A stretch of 64,000 nt of DNA from the human T2T-CHM13v2.0 reference genome, Homo sapiens, in NCBI RefSeq assembly GCF_009914755.1, contig NC_060945.1, one strand, 5' to 3'. Each line of letters begins with the position of its first letter. Positions within the stretch are counted from its first letter, which is position 1. The notes under the pieces are model-generated. The model searched no databases. It was not told the DNA's origin and saw only the letters and a program-made list of their open reading frames with translations. The position numbers were made by a program, and so were the translations under genes. Shown one piece after another: positions 15,899-30,649 of the stretch.

Positions 15899-16505
15899 TT
15901 TTTCAGGCCTGGAAATAGGCACCTGAAGAGGCTTTACCTGGCAGGCCTCATGGGGAAATCTACTCTCCCCACACCAAACTTGACATACAGACCGTGCATT
16001 GAAGTCTCTGGCAAAAGTTGCAGCCAAGAACTCAGGCCTCTCTGGCTGGTCATGCTCTTATGTGCATTTTATTCATAGCCAAAGGACCTCTATTAGGAAG
16101 TCTCCTTATTGGGAAGCCTCAGCTGAGAGATTCCTCAAGCACCTCTATATTTTTATAATGGGATCGCAAAGATAATTTTTCCACTCTGACCCAGTACTTA
16201 GGACTCTTTGAATTTTAGCCCTTACCCTTCCACTTTCCCTAGCCCCAGGTCATAAAATGACAGAAGTCCTTTATTCAAGGCTCTCTTGGCAGTTACATAT
16301 TTTCTCCATCTGTATTGCTACATTTGACCCTCACACACTGCCATTCCATGGGGGAAATGAGAACATTGAGGGAGCCAGCATGCCAGCACTCTTTGCTATT
16401 TAGCCTCTTATACTATCACAGTAAGTGAAAAACAGCTCAATTATTATTTATAGCTTAGTTTATTGTCTTAATGAATGTCAACACCCAGCAGCTCAGCTTT
16501 CTTCA
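15899..16505 (+). mobile_element. Old LTR-like insertion in L1M (ERVL-type solo LTR, family uncertain)
   Basis: Interrupts contiguous L1 sequence (cacatgaaca|...|aaagaataaagagcac) and ends in ttca. Flanks gaaca/aaaga resemble a decayed 5-bp TSD. Confidence 0.5.
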
Positions 16506-16523
16506 AAAGAATAAAGAGCACTA

Positions 16524-16985
<462 letters not shown>

Positions 16986-19173
16986 TCATTGGCCTTAATG
17001 CATAAAGGTGTAATTCATATGAAAACAATAGCAAGAAGAATTGTAAGGGAACAAAGCTATATTACAGTAAAATTTTTGTATACCACTGAAAGTTGGTATG
17101 CATTAATTTAAAATAGATTGTTGACATTAATTTAAAATTGACAGTAATTTAAAATACATTGTCTTAGTTAAGATGTAAATTTTAAGCCCAGGGCAACCAT
17201 TAAGAAAATAATGCAAAAAAATATAACAAAAGTAACAAAAGGAATTAAAATAGTGTAATACAAATATATAGTTAACACAAACAAAGCAGTAATTGAGTAA
17301 TGGAGGAACAAAAAACATTATATATATGTTATATGTTTAAATATATATTTATATACATATATATATCCCAAGACCAAAAATAAATAAATTAAAGAAGAAA
17401 TACATCACTAATAGACCTATACTACATGAAATACTGAAGCAAGTCCTTCAGAATCAAATGAAAGGAAACTAGTCAACAACTCAAATCCACATGAACATAA
17501 GGAGTCCAGCTCCAGGCCAAAATCATATATGTGATTTTTTAGGCCTAAAAATAGGCACCTGCATATATATATATATATATACACATACATGTATATGCAT
17601 GATATAAATCCAACTAGGCACCAAATAAATCCAAAATAGGCACCTACCTATATATAGATATATATATATATGTGTGTATATATATATATATATGCAGATA
17701 TAAATCCAACTTTATCTATATTGCATTAAACAAAAGTATACTAAACTCTCAAACAAGTGGCAGAGATTGGCAGAATGAATTAGAAATCTGATCCAACTAT
17801 ATGTTGTCTGTAAGAAATACACTCAAGATTCAAAAATAGGTAGGTGGAAAGTTAAAAAGATGGAAAAATTATATCATAAAAATAGCAATCAAAAGACAAC
17901 TGAAATGGTGATACTAATATCAAGCAAAATAGACTTTAAGAAAAATATTATTATTAGAAAAAATAGAACTATGTTTTATAATGATAAAAGGGTCAACCAT
18001 TCAGGAAGACATAACAATTATAAACATATATGCATCTAACAAGAGAGTCCCAAAATACGTGGAGCCAAAACTGACAATACTACAGGGAGACATAGCCATG
18101 TCAAAAAGAATAATGGGACACTTCTATAGCCTCGATTGCAATAATGAATAAAAATAAGCTAAGAAGAATTTCAACAAGGAATTAAAGGAGATTTAACAAA
18201 TCTATAAGCCAACTAGAGCTAACAGATTTTTATGGAACACTCTACACACAGCAGAAGAATCCACATTCTTCTAAAGTACACAGGTAATATTCTCTAAGAT
18301 AAACTATATATTACTTCATTAAAACCACAAAAAATTAAAAAGTTGAAAATATACAAAGTATGTTCTTCAACATTAAAGAAATTAAATTATAAAGGGATAA
18401 CAAAAGGAATTTTGGGAATTTACAAATATGTAGAAATTAAACAACATGCTCCTAGCCAATGGGTCAAAGAAGACATGATAAGGAAAATTACAAAATACTT
18501 TGAGATAAAATATTTATAGAATTCTATTACGTTTCTGCACATTGTGACAGTACACGGATCAAATTCTTTTTTCTCTGGACTATTTTTCTTACAATTTGTA
18601 CAGAAAACATCCTTGGAAAGCAGCAAAAATGTTATTTATTGTCATCAGTTACACACCATTATGTGACTGTGACTATAAAAAGTGAGGAGAACAATTTTCT
18701 ATATTATAAAAATACTAATTGTAAAATGGTTACATCTTTCTAATATGTATTAGTGGTATCATAGATTTTTTGAAATAGAATTTCTGTGGAAAATAATACT
18801 ATCTAGAAGATGTAGCATTTATTGGATTCTGCTCATTTTTATTCATAAATTAGACTTTTGCTACCTTAAATTGTTCTTAATAGTCTAGGTGCTAATGTAT
18901 GCTTGTTGTTAGTGTAAATCATTGCAGGCCTCAGCTAATCAAATGTTTTATATGATTTTTTCACTACTTTTGGCTTCAAAGAGAAGAAAAATTTCAGTTT
19001 ATAAAATCTGCCAAGGAATTAACTGGAACCAAGAACTTGATTAAGTATAAAAGAAGGCAAAAATAGGGGAGAGTGATCAAAACAATAAAGCAATTGCTTC
19101 TAAAAGAAAATCTCTGGTACTTTGGATTAACTGAGCAAATTTACCCAGAAATAAGCTCAAGGTAATCACAGAC

Positions 19174-19237
19174 TTTTATATATTCAAGTGTGCATAAATA
19201 TAACATTTTATATATTCAAGTGTACATAAATACAACA
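19174..19237. repeat. 32-bp tandem duplication
   Basis: ttttatatattcaagtgtgcataaatataaca twice, with 2 mismatches. Confidence 0.9.
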
Positions 19238-19514
19238 TTCATAAATTTTTCCCAGGAAAGAGTATATAATGTGCACCTCCAATTTCATGTCAAATCTTTA
19301 TCACATTTAATAGTAAATTTTATCTCAAAAATAAATGTTGAAAAAATCAGTCAAGCTACACATTTTTTAAATTAAGAAATAAACTTTCATTTGAATAAAA
19401 ATAGTTATGACACCATTGGATTAACTAATAAGTAATAATTAAAGCCATATTTCTAGGTCTTTACAGTCTACATTTCTGGGAACTTCTGATATTTTAAAAG
19501 TAATTTAAGAGGTC

Positions 19515-21800
19515 TGATATGGTTTGGCTATGTGTGCCCACCCAAATTTCATCTCAAATTGTAATCTCCAGGGCTGGACCTGGTGAGAGGTGACTGGATT
19601 ATAAGGGCAGTTTTCTTATGCTGTTCTCATGATAGCAAGTGAGTTCTCGTGAGATGTGATGGTTTTATAAGGGGCTCTTCCCCTTTGCTTGTTTGCTCAC
19701 TGTCACCTGCCGCCATGTAAGACTTGTCTTTGCTTTTTTCTTGCTTTCTGCCATGATTATATGTTTCCTGAGGCCTCCCCAGCCATGTGGAACTGTGGGT
19801 AAATTAAACCTATTTCCTTTATTAACTACCAGTCTCAGGTAGGTCTTTATAGCAGTGTGAGAAGAGACTAATACTATAAATTGGTACTGGTAGAGTGGGG
19901 TGCTGCTGTAAAGATACCTGAAAATGTGGAAGCAACTTTGAAACTGGGTTAACAGGCAGAGGTTGGAACAGTCTGAAGAGCTCGGAAGAAGACAAGAATT
20001 TGTGGGAAAGTTTGGAACTTCCTAGATACTTGCTGAATGGTTTTAACCAAAATGCTGATAGTGATACATGGACAATGAAGTCTAGGCTGAGGTTGCCTCA
20101 GATGGAAATGAGGAACTCCTTGGAAACTGGAGCAAAGGTGACCCTTGCTATGCTTTAGCAAACAGACTGTCAGCAGTTTGCTGCTGCCCTAGAGATCTGT
20201 GGAACTTTGAACTTGAGACAGATTATCTGAAATTGGAACTTATATTTAAAGAGAAAGTAAAGCATAAAAGTTTGGCAAATGTGCAACCTGACCATGCAAT
20301 AGAAAAGCAAAACCTATTTTCTGGGGAGAAATTCAAACTGGTTGCAAAAATTTGCGTAAGTAACCAGGAGCCAAAAGTTGATAGCCAAGACAATGAAAAA
20401 TATGTCTCCAGGGCATGCCAGAGAACATCACAGCAGCGCCTTCCATCACAGGCCTGGAGGCCTAAGAGGAAAAAATTGTTTCTTGGGGGTAGGCCCAGGG
20501 CCCCACTGCCACTCTGAGCAGCCTTGGAACTTGGCTGTCTGTGTCCCAGCCATTGCCACACCAGCTCCAGCCATGACTAAATAGGGGGATCATAGAACTC
20601 AGGCCATTGCTTCAGAGGGTGCAAGCCCCAAGCCTCAGAAGCTTCTATGTGGTGTTGGGCCTGCAGGTAAAAAAAACACAAGAATTGAGGTTTGGGAACC
20701 TCTGCCTAAATTTGAGGATATATGGAAACGCCTGGATGTCCAGGCAGTTTTCTGCAGGAGTGGAGCCCTCATGGAGAATCTCTGCTAGGACAGTGCATAA
20801 GGGAAATGTGGGGTTGGAGACCCCACACAGAGTTCTCACTGCAGCACTGCCTAGTGGAGCTGTGAGAAGAGAGCCACCTCCTTCCAGACCCCAGAATGGT
20901 AGATCTACCGACAGCTTGCACTGTGAGCTTGGAAAAGCCACAGACACTCCATGACAGCCCATGAAAGCAGCCGGGTGGGAGGATGACTGTGCCCTGCAAA
21001 GCCACAGGGGCAGAGCTATCTCAGACCATGGGAACCCACCTCTTGCATCAGCATGACCTGGATGTGAGACATGAAGTCAAAGCAGATCAATTTAAGCTTT
21101 AAGATTTAATTACTGCCTTGCCTGGTTTCAGACTTACATGAGGCCTATAATCCCTTTGTTTTGGCCAATTTCTCCCATTTGGAATAGGAACATTTAGCCA
21201 ATGCCTGTACCCCATTGTGTCTTGGAAGTAACTAACTTGTTTTTTATTTTACAGGCTCATAGGTGGAAGGGACTTGCCTTGACTCAGATGAGACTTTGGA
21301 CTGTGGACTTTTGAGTTAATGCTGAAATGGGTTAAGACTTTGGGGGACTGGTGGGGAGGCATGATTGGTTTTGAAATGTGAGGACAGGAGATTTGGGAGG
21401 GGCCGGGGTGGAATGATATGGTTTGGCTCTGTGTCCCCACCAAATTCTCATCTCAAGTTATAATCCCCACAATCCCCATGTGTCAAGGGCAGGACCTGGT
21501 AGGAGGTGACTAGATCAGGGGAATGATTTCCCCCGTGCTGTTCTCATGATAGTGAGTGGGTTCTCATGAGATCTGATGATGTTATAAGGGGCTCATCCCT
21601 CTTCGCTTGTTCACACTTTCTCTCCCCTGCCTCCATGTCAGATGTGCCTTTGCTTCTCTCTTGCTTTCTGCTATGATTGTAAGTTTCCTGAGGCCTCCCT
21701 CCCCAGCCATGCAGAACTGTGAGTAAATTAAACCTCTGTTCTTTATAAATTACCCAGTCTCGGATATGTCTTTATAGCAGTATGAGAAGAGACTAATACA
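19515..21800 (+). mobile_element. THE1D-like MaLR provirus (LTR 19515-19875, internal, LTR 21414-21800)
   Basis: tgatatggtttggct...gactaataca LTR pair; typical THE1-int start (aaattggtactggtagagtggggtgctgct); 5-bp TSD AGGTC at 19510-19514 and 21801-21805. Confidence 0.95.
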
Positions 21801-22240
21801 AGGTCTGAATATGCCTTCTAAATTTAATAGACATAATCATCATAATTACATGGTTTTAATTTAACATATGCATTTTATTGGCTAAACAGGTGCACAGTTT
21901 ATGCTGGGCCCCTCCACAAAAACCATTCTTCCATTTTCTTTGGCTACAAAGGTCATTTCCTTTAAATAACCCATCTGACTTCTAAATCCAAGTTACATGT
22001 CTTGTGATATAGGCATTCTGTACATCAAAGCACTTACTATGGTATCTTTGGTTTTATGTTTATTCATCATTATACCCCATAAAAATTGGAAACTTCATGA
22101 AGGTGCAACCCACATATGTCACTGATCTTACTCTTGAACAAAGAACACAAAAGTAGAAAATGGAGGAATGAAATAAAAATCGCAGAGATGTGCAAAAAGA
22201 GGAGTGTTCAATAATTAATCCACACATAGATAAATTCTTT

Positions 22241-22299
22241 ATACTCAATAAATATGATGAATGTAAATATGATATACTCAATAAATATGATGAATGTAA
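22241..22299. repeat. 26-bp near-tandem duplication
   Basis: atactcaataaatatgatgaatgtaa at 22241 and 22274. Confidence 0.85.
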
Positions 22300-22789
22300 T
22301 GAATGCATTATACTCCCAGAATGCACCATTTTCTAGGTACTAGATGATACAGCAGTAAATAAAACACAAAATTTCTGCCATCTAGCTGCATACATTTTAG
22401 AATCTAGATGGTTGTTACCTGAGATATATCATAATATATTTTTACCAAAAGAAGCAATGTAAAATAATGTTATAATAATATAATATATTATATATATATA
22501 TATATATATAAAATATAATATAATCATCTAAAAATGTGAGGACACTGGGCACATATGCAGTATGATGAAATAGGAGAAATGCAGGACCAAGCAAATAGAC
22601 ACATGAAATAGGTCATCAGTAGTTTCAGGATGTCTTGTAGATTCATTTATTTGTTCATTATACTCAAATACTAATTTGACAATTTATATAAGCATCCTAC
22701 TAAAGACTAAGTATTGAGTCCTGAACAAACAGACATGACTCTGTGCTCATAGCATTCTGATTTATTTTTAACTATTGCGTTTTAACCAC

Positions 22790-23178
22790 TGCCTTGGTCT
22801 GAATGTTTTTGTTCCCTCTAAAGACGTACGTTGAAACTTAGCCTCCAATGCAACAAAATTGAGAGATGGAGCTTAATAGAAGGTGTTTAGGTCAGAATAG
22901 GTCTGCCCTCATGAATTAATTAATGCTGCTATGGAAAGGTCTTGTGAAAGTCCATTCTGCCTCTTTTGCTATTTTGCCATGTGAAGAATAGCATTTGTCT
23001 CCCTTTTTTGCCTTTCTTCTTCTGCCATGAAAAGTCACAGCAAGAAGTCTCTCATCAAATGCCTGTCTCTTGATCTTGGACTTTCCAGCCTCCAGAAATG
23101 CGAGAAAAAATTTTCTGGTTTTTGTAAATTATCAAGTCACAGGTATTTTGTTGTAACAGTACTAAATGGACTTAGACA
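22790..23178 (+). mobile_element. MST-type (MSTC/MSTD-like) MaLR solo LTR
   Basis: tgccttggtctgaatgtt...cttggactttccagcctccagaa...aatggacttagaca; TSD ACCAC at 22785-22789 and 23179-23183. Confidence 0.85.
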
Positions 23179-25363
23179 ACCACATATTACCGTAAGTTAC
23201 ACTGACTTTTTAAAACTAAACTTCTTATTAAAAAAAAATTACAGATTGATATGCAGTTGACAATAATAATAGAAACACCCCATGCACCCTTTGTCCATAT
23301 TCCTGAGTAACATCTTGCAAAACTGTAGTTCAATATCATAACCATAATATGACATTGACACAATTAAGATACCAAATATTGTCTTTACCACAATGATTTT
23401 TCATGGTGCCTCTTGATAACCACACCTACTTCCCTCTGCCATTTTGTAACTCATGAAAATCACTAATCTGTTCTCCGTTGTTATAAATTTTACTATTTCA
23501 AAAATATTATGTGTGTACTACACTAGTATGTAGCCATTTTGGATTGATTTTGCATATGTGGAGATTCTCTTATCCATAAAAATTTCCTTTTTTCTTACTG
23601 CTTTCAAAATTCTTTGTTTTTGACTTCTTACAATCTGATTGTTATGTGTCTCTGTGGACTTTTTTGGTTCACCTATTTAGGGTCTTCTTATAGCCCTGGA
23701 TATAGATTATCATTTTCTTCCTCAGATTTGAGAAGTTTTCAGCCACTATTTTGAATACGCTTTCTGATCTTTCTCCTCTCTTTTTCTGAGGACTTTCATA
23801 ATGCATACATTTAGATGATGTTCTTTAAATCTTTCAAACTTGTTTCACCATATTTCATTGTTTTACTTTTGTTCCTCTCACTAAATAATATCCAATTATC
23901 TGTCTTCAGATTTGCTAAGCCTTTATTCTGTTTGAAATAGTCTGTGGTTGAACTGCTCTAGTGACTTTTACCATTCAGTTATTATATTCTTCAACTCCAT
24001 GATTTCTGTCGGAACTCTTTTATATTTTACATCTCTTTATTGAAATTTTCACTTTATTAATGCATTGTTCTCTCAATCTCAGTGGGCATCTTTATTATTG
24101 TTTTTAAATTAATTCTATGTCATACAAATTCTTTTTTATGGGGTGGGGGAAGATCACTTGGGATTTTCTATATAGACCATCATGTAATTTGCAAATAAGG
24201 ACCATTTTATTTATTCTTTTCCTATCTGCATGCCTATTATTTGCTTTGCTTGTTTTACTGTGTTAGCTAGATTTTCCAGCACTATGTGGGATACTGGTGG
24301 TGACAGTGAACATCCTTGTCAGTTTCTAATCTTAGATGTAAAAAAATGTAGTATTTTACCATTAAGTATGATGTTGTATATAAGCTATTTGTAGATATCC
24401 TTTAGCAAGTGTAGAGTTTCCCTCTATTGTTATATTTCTGAAAGTTATTATGAGCGGGTGTTGCATTTTATCAAAATGCTTTTGCTGTATTAATGAATAT
24501 GATCTTGTGATTTTTCTCCTTTTGAGTGTTAACACAGTGGATTACATTGGCTGTCAAATACTGAAGTAGCCTCAAATCACTGGAATAAATCCCATGTGAT
24601 CATGATGTATATTTTTTCTACATTACTGAATTCTATTTAATAATATTTTAATAAAGTTTATCACATGTCTATATTCGTGACAGACATTGGTCTGTAATTT
24701 TCTTTTTTGTTTCTTTCTTAGTTTTTGGTATCAGGGTAATATAAACATCAAAAAAGAATTGGGAACTGTAAACTTATTTTTTCTGGAAGAGATTACATAA
24801 AATTGGTGTTAGCTATTCAAAGATTTAGTACAATTATATGGGTAACCATTTGTGCCTGGAGATTTCTTTTTAGTAGTTTTTCAAATTTGACTTAGTTACA
24901 ATTTAATTTTATTAACAATTATAGGGCTATTCAAATTTATCTACTACATATTGGGTGAGTTGTCACATTTTGTGCTTTTTGAAAAACTGGTCGATTTTTA
25001 TCAAAGTTAACAAACATGTTTGGGGAGTTCTTGATAGTATTTTCTTATTATCCTTTTGAGCTCGGTAATGGCTGTAGTGGTATCACTCCCAATATTGGCA
25101 ACTTGTGACCTCTTTTTTAGTCAGTTTTTATGCTTTTAAATTTTACTTATTTTTCAAGGAACTAATTCTTTGCTTATTTTGAATTTTTTATTGCTTTTCT
25201 ATTTTCAAATTCATTGATTTAAACTATTATCTTTAATATTTTCTTCCTTCTGCTTGCTTTGGATTTATTTTGTTCTTAAATTATTGAGGTCAGAGATTAG
25301 ATGATTAATTTGGAACTTTCCTTATTTTCTAACGTATATATTTAGTGCTAGAAATTTCCTTTT

Positions 25364-25666
25364 GGGGTCGGGTGTAGTGGCTTATGCATGTAAACCTAGC
25401 ATGTTAGGAGACCAAGACGGGAGGATCACTTGAGGCCAGAAATTTGAAACCAGCCTGGACACTATAGTGACACCCTGTCTCTACAAAATATTTTTTCATT
25501 AGCTGCACATGGTTGCATGCAGCTCTAGTCCAAGCTTTTTGAGGGGCTGAGGCAGGAGGAGCCCTTGAGACCTGAATGGTGAGGCTGCAGTGAGCCATGA
25601 TCATGCCACTGCACTCCAGCCTGGGTGAAAGAGTGACATGGTCTAAAAAAAAGGAAAAAAAAAAAA
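25364..25666 (+). mobile_element. AluJ
   Basis: Diverged Alu with J features (ggaggatcacttgaggcc, gaggctgcagtgagccatgatcatg) and an A-tail. Confidence 0.9.
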
Positions 25667-27044
25667 CCCTCTTGGAACTAATTTTGCTGTGTCCTGAAAA
25701 ACTTTATATGTTTATATATTCATTTATAATTCATTGAATGTCTTTTTTATTTTACTTGAAACTTCCTCTTTAACCCAGGGATTATTTAGAAATGCATTAT
25801 TTCATTTCAAAGTGTTTGGAGATCCTCCTATTAACTTTCTGATACTGGTTTCCAGTTTGATCCCATTGTGATTACAGAACACTCCTTATATGATTTCAAT
25901 TTGCAAAAACTGTGTCTAGGTCTGCTTTATAGCCCAAATATGGTCTATCTTGGTATACTTTCCATGGGTACTTAGAAGAAATGTTTATTTTGCTCTTTGG
26001 GGAGTAAAATGTTCCTTAAATGTTGATTAGATACTTATAGCTGGTGGTGTTGAGTTCTTGTATATCTTTACTGATTTTCTGTCTAAATAGCCTATTGATT
26101 ATTGATAGAAAGATGCTGAAATCTCCAACAAAGCTATGATCTTTGTCTTTTTCTCCTGTCTTTTTAATTACATCAGCTTTTGTTTCACATATCTTGTACC
26201 TCTATTGTTTGACATGTACACATTTAGGATTGGTGTCTTTTTGGTGTATAAACTTTTTATCATTATGTAATGTATTTCTCTGTCTCTGGTAATTTTCTTT
26301 GTTCTGAAGTCTCCTTAATTTTACAATAATCTAGCCACTCCTGCTTTTTTAAATTAATATTTGCATGGCATATCTTTTCCATCCTTTTACTTTTAATTTA
26401 TTTATATTGTATTCGAAGTGAGTTTTTATAGCATATAGCTCAGTCATATATTTTTAATCCACCCTATAAATCTTTGTCTTTTCATGTGTGTATTTATTTA
26501 CTTTTAATGTCACTGTTAACATGCTGGCATTTAAATCTACCATTTAAGTTTTATTTTGCTCCCTCTCTTTTCTCTTTGTTCTGTTTCCTGTTTTCTTTTT
26601 TCCTGCCTTTTTATGAGCAATGTGACAATTATTTTAGAATTTCATTTTGATGCATATACTATAATTTTTACATATCTCTTGTTATAGCATTTTTAGTGGT
26701 TGCTCAAGGTATTATAGTACAAAACTTATTATAGTCTACTGATGTTGACATTTTACCAATTAAAGTGAAGCGTTAAAGCTTTCCTCTCATCACATCTTTT
26801 TTCCTCTTTCATTTATAAAATAATTGTCTTTAATATTGTTCTAAGCAATTAGAATCACATCAGTGTAATAATTTTTGCCTCAACTGTCAATCATGACTTA
26901 GAAAACCCAAGAAAAGAAGAAAATATGAGTAAGTCTTTTACTTATCCATATTTTTGCTGTTTCTTGTTGTTTCTTTCTGATATTCCAAAATTTCTTTTTT
27001 TATCATTTCATTTCTGTTTAGTGAATGATAAATTCTGACCCAAT

Positions 27045-27285
27045 TTTGAAGTGAATTCTCACTGAATTATGTCCCCTCAAAATTTATATATAAAATTGGT
27101 GATTGAGGTCCTAATCACCAATGTGACCGTATTTGAAGACAGGACCTATAAGGAGGTAATTAAGGTTAAATAAAGTTACAAAGTTAGGGCACTTTTACAA
27201 TAGGATTAGCGTGCTTTTAAGAAGATAGACTAGAAAGCTGTCTCTCTGTCTCTCCCGCCCTCTCTGTCTCTGTCTCTCTCTCTTT

Positions 27286-27328
<43 letters not shown>

Positions 27329-27510
27329 GAGATCATGTGAACACACAACAATATGGCAGCTGCCTACAAGAAGGAAAGAGAAACCTCACCAGAAACCAAC
27401 CATGCTGGTGTCTTTGTCCGAGACCCCTAGCCTCCAAAACTGTGAGAAAATATGTCTGTTGTTTAAGCCATCCAGACTATGGTATATTAATAGCCTATGC
27501 TAACTAACAT
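27045..27510 (+). mobile_element. MLT1A-type MaLR solo LTR containing (CA)n at 27289-27326
   Basis: tgaattatgtcccctcaaaatt...aatgtgaccgtatttg...cctcaccagaaacc...cctccaaaactgtgagaaaa...gtttaagcca. Confidence 0.85.
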
Positions 27511-30500
27511 GGATAATTTCCTTTAGTCATTCTTTTAGAATATATCTGCCGGTGATAAATTCTCTTAGCTTTCCTTCTTCAGAGAATGTCATCATTTAGC
27601 TTTGATTCTTAATAGAAATGTAAATGGTATTTAGAATTTTGAGCTGACAGTTTTCTTTCAGCACTTAAAAAAATGCTGACGCACTGATTTCTGATTGAAA
27701 AGTTAATATCATTCAAATTGTTTTACTCCTATAGCCAAAATGTCATTTCTCCCCAGTTGCTTCTATCATTTGTATTTGCCTTTAGTTTTTACAAGTTTGA
27801 GTATGATATATCTTCATGCAGACTTTTCTGGGTTTATATTGTATGGGTTTTTTCTCAGCTTCTTGAATCTGTAGGTTTATGTATTTTGCCAGATTTGGGA
27901 AGTTTTTGGTCATTTTTTTGTGTATTTTTTTTACCCCTCCCTTCTTTGTTCTTTCCTTCTGGAACTCTAATCCTGTTTACTTATCCATCCTTCTATCCTC
28001 ATTATTCTGCTGTTGAACTAATCCACTGAGTTTTCTATTTTGGTTAGTGTATTTTTTAGCTTTAAAATTTTCATCTCGCTCTTATTTTATCTTCTATTTC
28101 TTTACTAAGACTTTTCTCTTTTAATTTATTTCCAGTTTATTTGTAATTACTTTCAGAAGCATTTTTATAATGATTTGTCACATAATTCCAGTATCTACAT
28201 TGTATTGGTGTTGACATCTCTTGATTTCTTTCTTCATTCAGTTAGAAGTATTCCTGGCCATTTTGTGACATGTGATATTCTGTTAAAACCTGAACCCTTT
28301 GGAACTATGAGACTGGATCCTATGTAAACCTACTCAGTTGGTTTCCTCTACAGGGACAGAAGGCAAGTGAGGATAGAATTTCAAGTTCCCTACTTATCCT
28401 CTATTAATAGTCAAAGAGGAGAAAAGCTCCTTGTTACTGTTGGGCAAGTGAGGGATTTTCATGCCCCCACTAGACATTTGCTGATATCATATGGGCGTGC
28501 TTTTGTTATTGCTCCCCATGTGGCCTCCACTGACACCATAGGGAGGGGAAAATGGGCAATGATGAAAGTACAGACTCTCCTCTAGGCCTTTTCTACCACC
28601 ACCAGAAAGAGCATTCTTCTTTATTACCAGGTGGGAGTGAAAAGCAAAGCTCCTCAGGTGGTATTCACTGACACAATAGGAGCCACAAGTGTGACTCATT
28701 ATCCTTAGCAGAGAACAAAGTTACACCTTCCTACTCAGTCTTCTCTGACATCACCCTAGAGAGAGTTTGAGACACCTCTTTATAGCTTAAAAAGAATGAA
28801 AATCTATGCTCCTCATTTAGCTTTTGCCAGCTAAGGTGGAAGTGGACTACAGATTTTTTTCTGTGATATTTGGTCAGGGTGGAAGAGTTATTATATAGAA
28901 GTTTTCTTTCTTGCTAGTATGTGTCTTTCCTGAAACTTTGACTAGAGCCAGTAGGCTTTTGTTAAGGATTTTTGTTTTTGCATCCTTTGGCATTTCTGGG
29001 ATTTTCCAGCTTCTGTAGCTCCACGTCGGAAATACGTGAGGCAAAGAGAAAACATAGAAAACCTACCACCATGTCATTCTTTGGTCCTCAAGTTCCTTAG
29101 CTAGTTTTCCTACTTCTTTACACTTTTCAGGTCTTCCTAGGTTTGTTTTACATATAATTTTCAAGGTTTTCAGTTGGATTTAGCAGGAATATATCTACTC
29201 CATCTTTCTGGAAGCAAAATACCATTAAGAGATACTGATTTTAGAAATGGAAATGACTCATGTGAGAGAACACAAAATGGAATAATTTTACTGAGACAAG
29301 AAGGATCAAACCACAGAGAAGATGAAGACTAAATCAGCATGAGCTAAGGTGGTTACAGAGGATAAAGTTACCTGACTGTTATAATCAAGATTCTGGAGCC
29401 CAGGGAGGGCAAAACCATGTGATTAGTAGCCCTTCCCAAATTCCATTATCAGTGGGAACAGTCAAATTCCTGGTGGCCACTTCCTTAGTACTGGCTTTTT
29501 ACCCACAGGATTTAATACTAAGTTGATTGATTCAACTGTGTTTTCTTTGCCTGTTTCATGAGCTGCTCACTTTAATTCTGGATGTTCGACTAGTAAAAAA
29601 GATCCATTTCTGTAATTTTGAAAATATGGAAATATGTGAAGTCAAAGTCAATCTCAAACCTTCTTTGTAGAGATGGTAAGTAAAATTAAAGGATTGAAAA
29701 CCCATTACTGTGCTACAAATCTACTTAAAATTTCTTAATCATTGCTGTTTCTGAGCTCCTCTGAATAATCTCTTAATGTGTGGTACCCTGGCTCATGGCA
29801 AGGGCATGACTTAAATTACATGCAAAAATATCTTAAAAGTATTTATTCAGGTAATAGATACTCCCTTTGTGATGAGAAACAGATTTAATACAATGATGAC
29901 TTGTTCCCAAACAATAATCTGAGTATCAGAAATTGAAGCTTAAGTTATTCCTAAGTTTTATTCCTAAAACGGATTTTTTTTGTTTTTCAGAAGAAACTAG
30001 AACATATTAATAAACAATTTCACACCCAAAGGAATGTGAAACTTCATTTTCCTGACAAAGAATGTCCACTAATTAAAAATGACTGTGTTGGCAATTTAAA
30101 AGTATCTCTTTGCATATTGAACACTTGCTTTGGGTAAGAACTTGGCAAACTAAAAGCATATGGCCATTCTCTTTTTCATGGTTGTACCCAATAAATGTCA
30201 TCAGAATTTCAAAATGATGAAGAAGGTCTTTAAGTAGAGAAAATGAAATGCCACTTTTGGTTTTCTAAATGACAGAGATTTGAGGGAGGGGCTCTGAGGC
30301 ACATACGCAGAGACCATTAAGTGATATAGGGACCAGAAATACAGAGCCAAATTCTATACAATAAAGACCAAATATCAAAAATAGTTTACAATACTAAAAC
30401 AGGTTATGTCTAATGCCAAGAAATGCTTTCAGTAATACTAGTAATTTTTTATGCCTCTAATCATAATTCATAAGACTGAATTAAAGTAGACAACCCTACA

Positions 30501-30649
30501 TTTAATTTGTCCTTTGAGCAATATTATGTGGTTTCAAAACCATAGCTATAAGAAGAAGAAATTCATTTGCTGTTTCCCTTAGTGTATTATTCAAGTTCAG
30601 TCCATTACTAACCACTTTCAATTTTTAAATACCAGCATGTCTTCATTGT

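Larger units (their letters stand above)
23230..29220 (-). mobile_element. Old L1M (L1MC/MD-like) fragments, antisense, with nested Alu and MLT1
   Basis: T-rich antisense ORF2 hallmarks (catccttgtc...cttag, ttttaccattaagtatgatgtt, ggattacattg, atatggtctatcttgg); 3' end near 23230-23560 and 5' region near 28300-29220. Confidence 0.8.

Noticed and set aside
17100-17162. Short repeated taatttaaaat units, and similar AT-rich repeats at 57600-57750
   Set aside because: Simple slippage duplications with no regular repeat-spacer (CRISPR-like) structure.
20223-21443. Cluster of overlapping ORFs
   Set aside because: They lie in the decayed THE1 internal region and form no intact frame.
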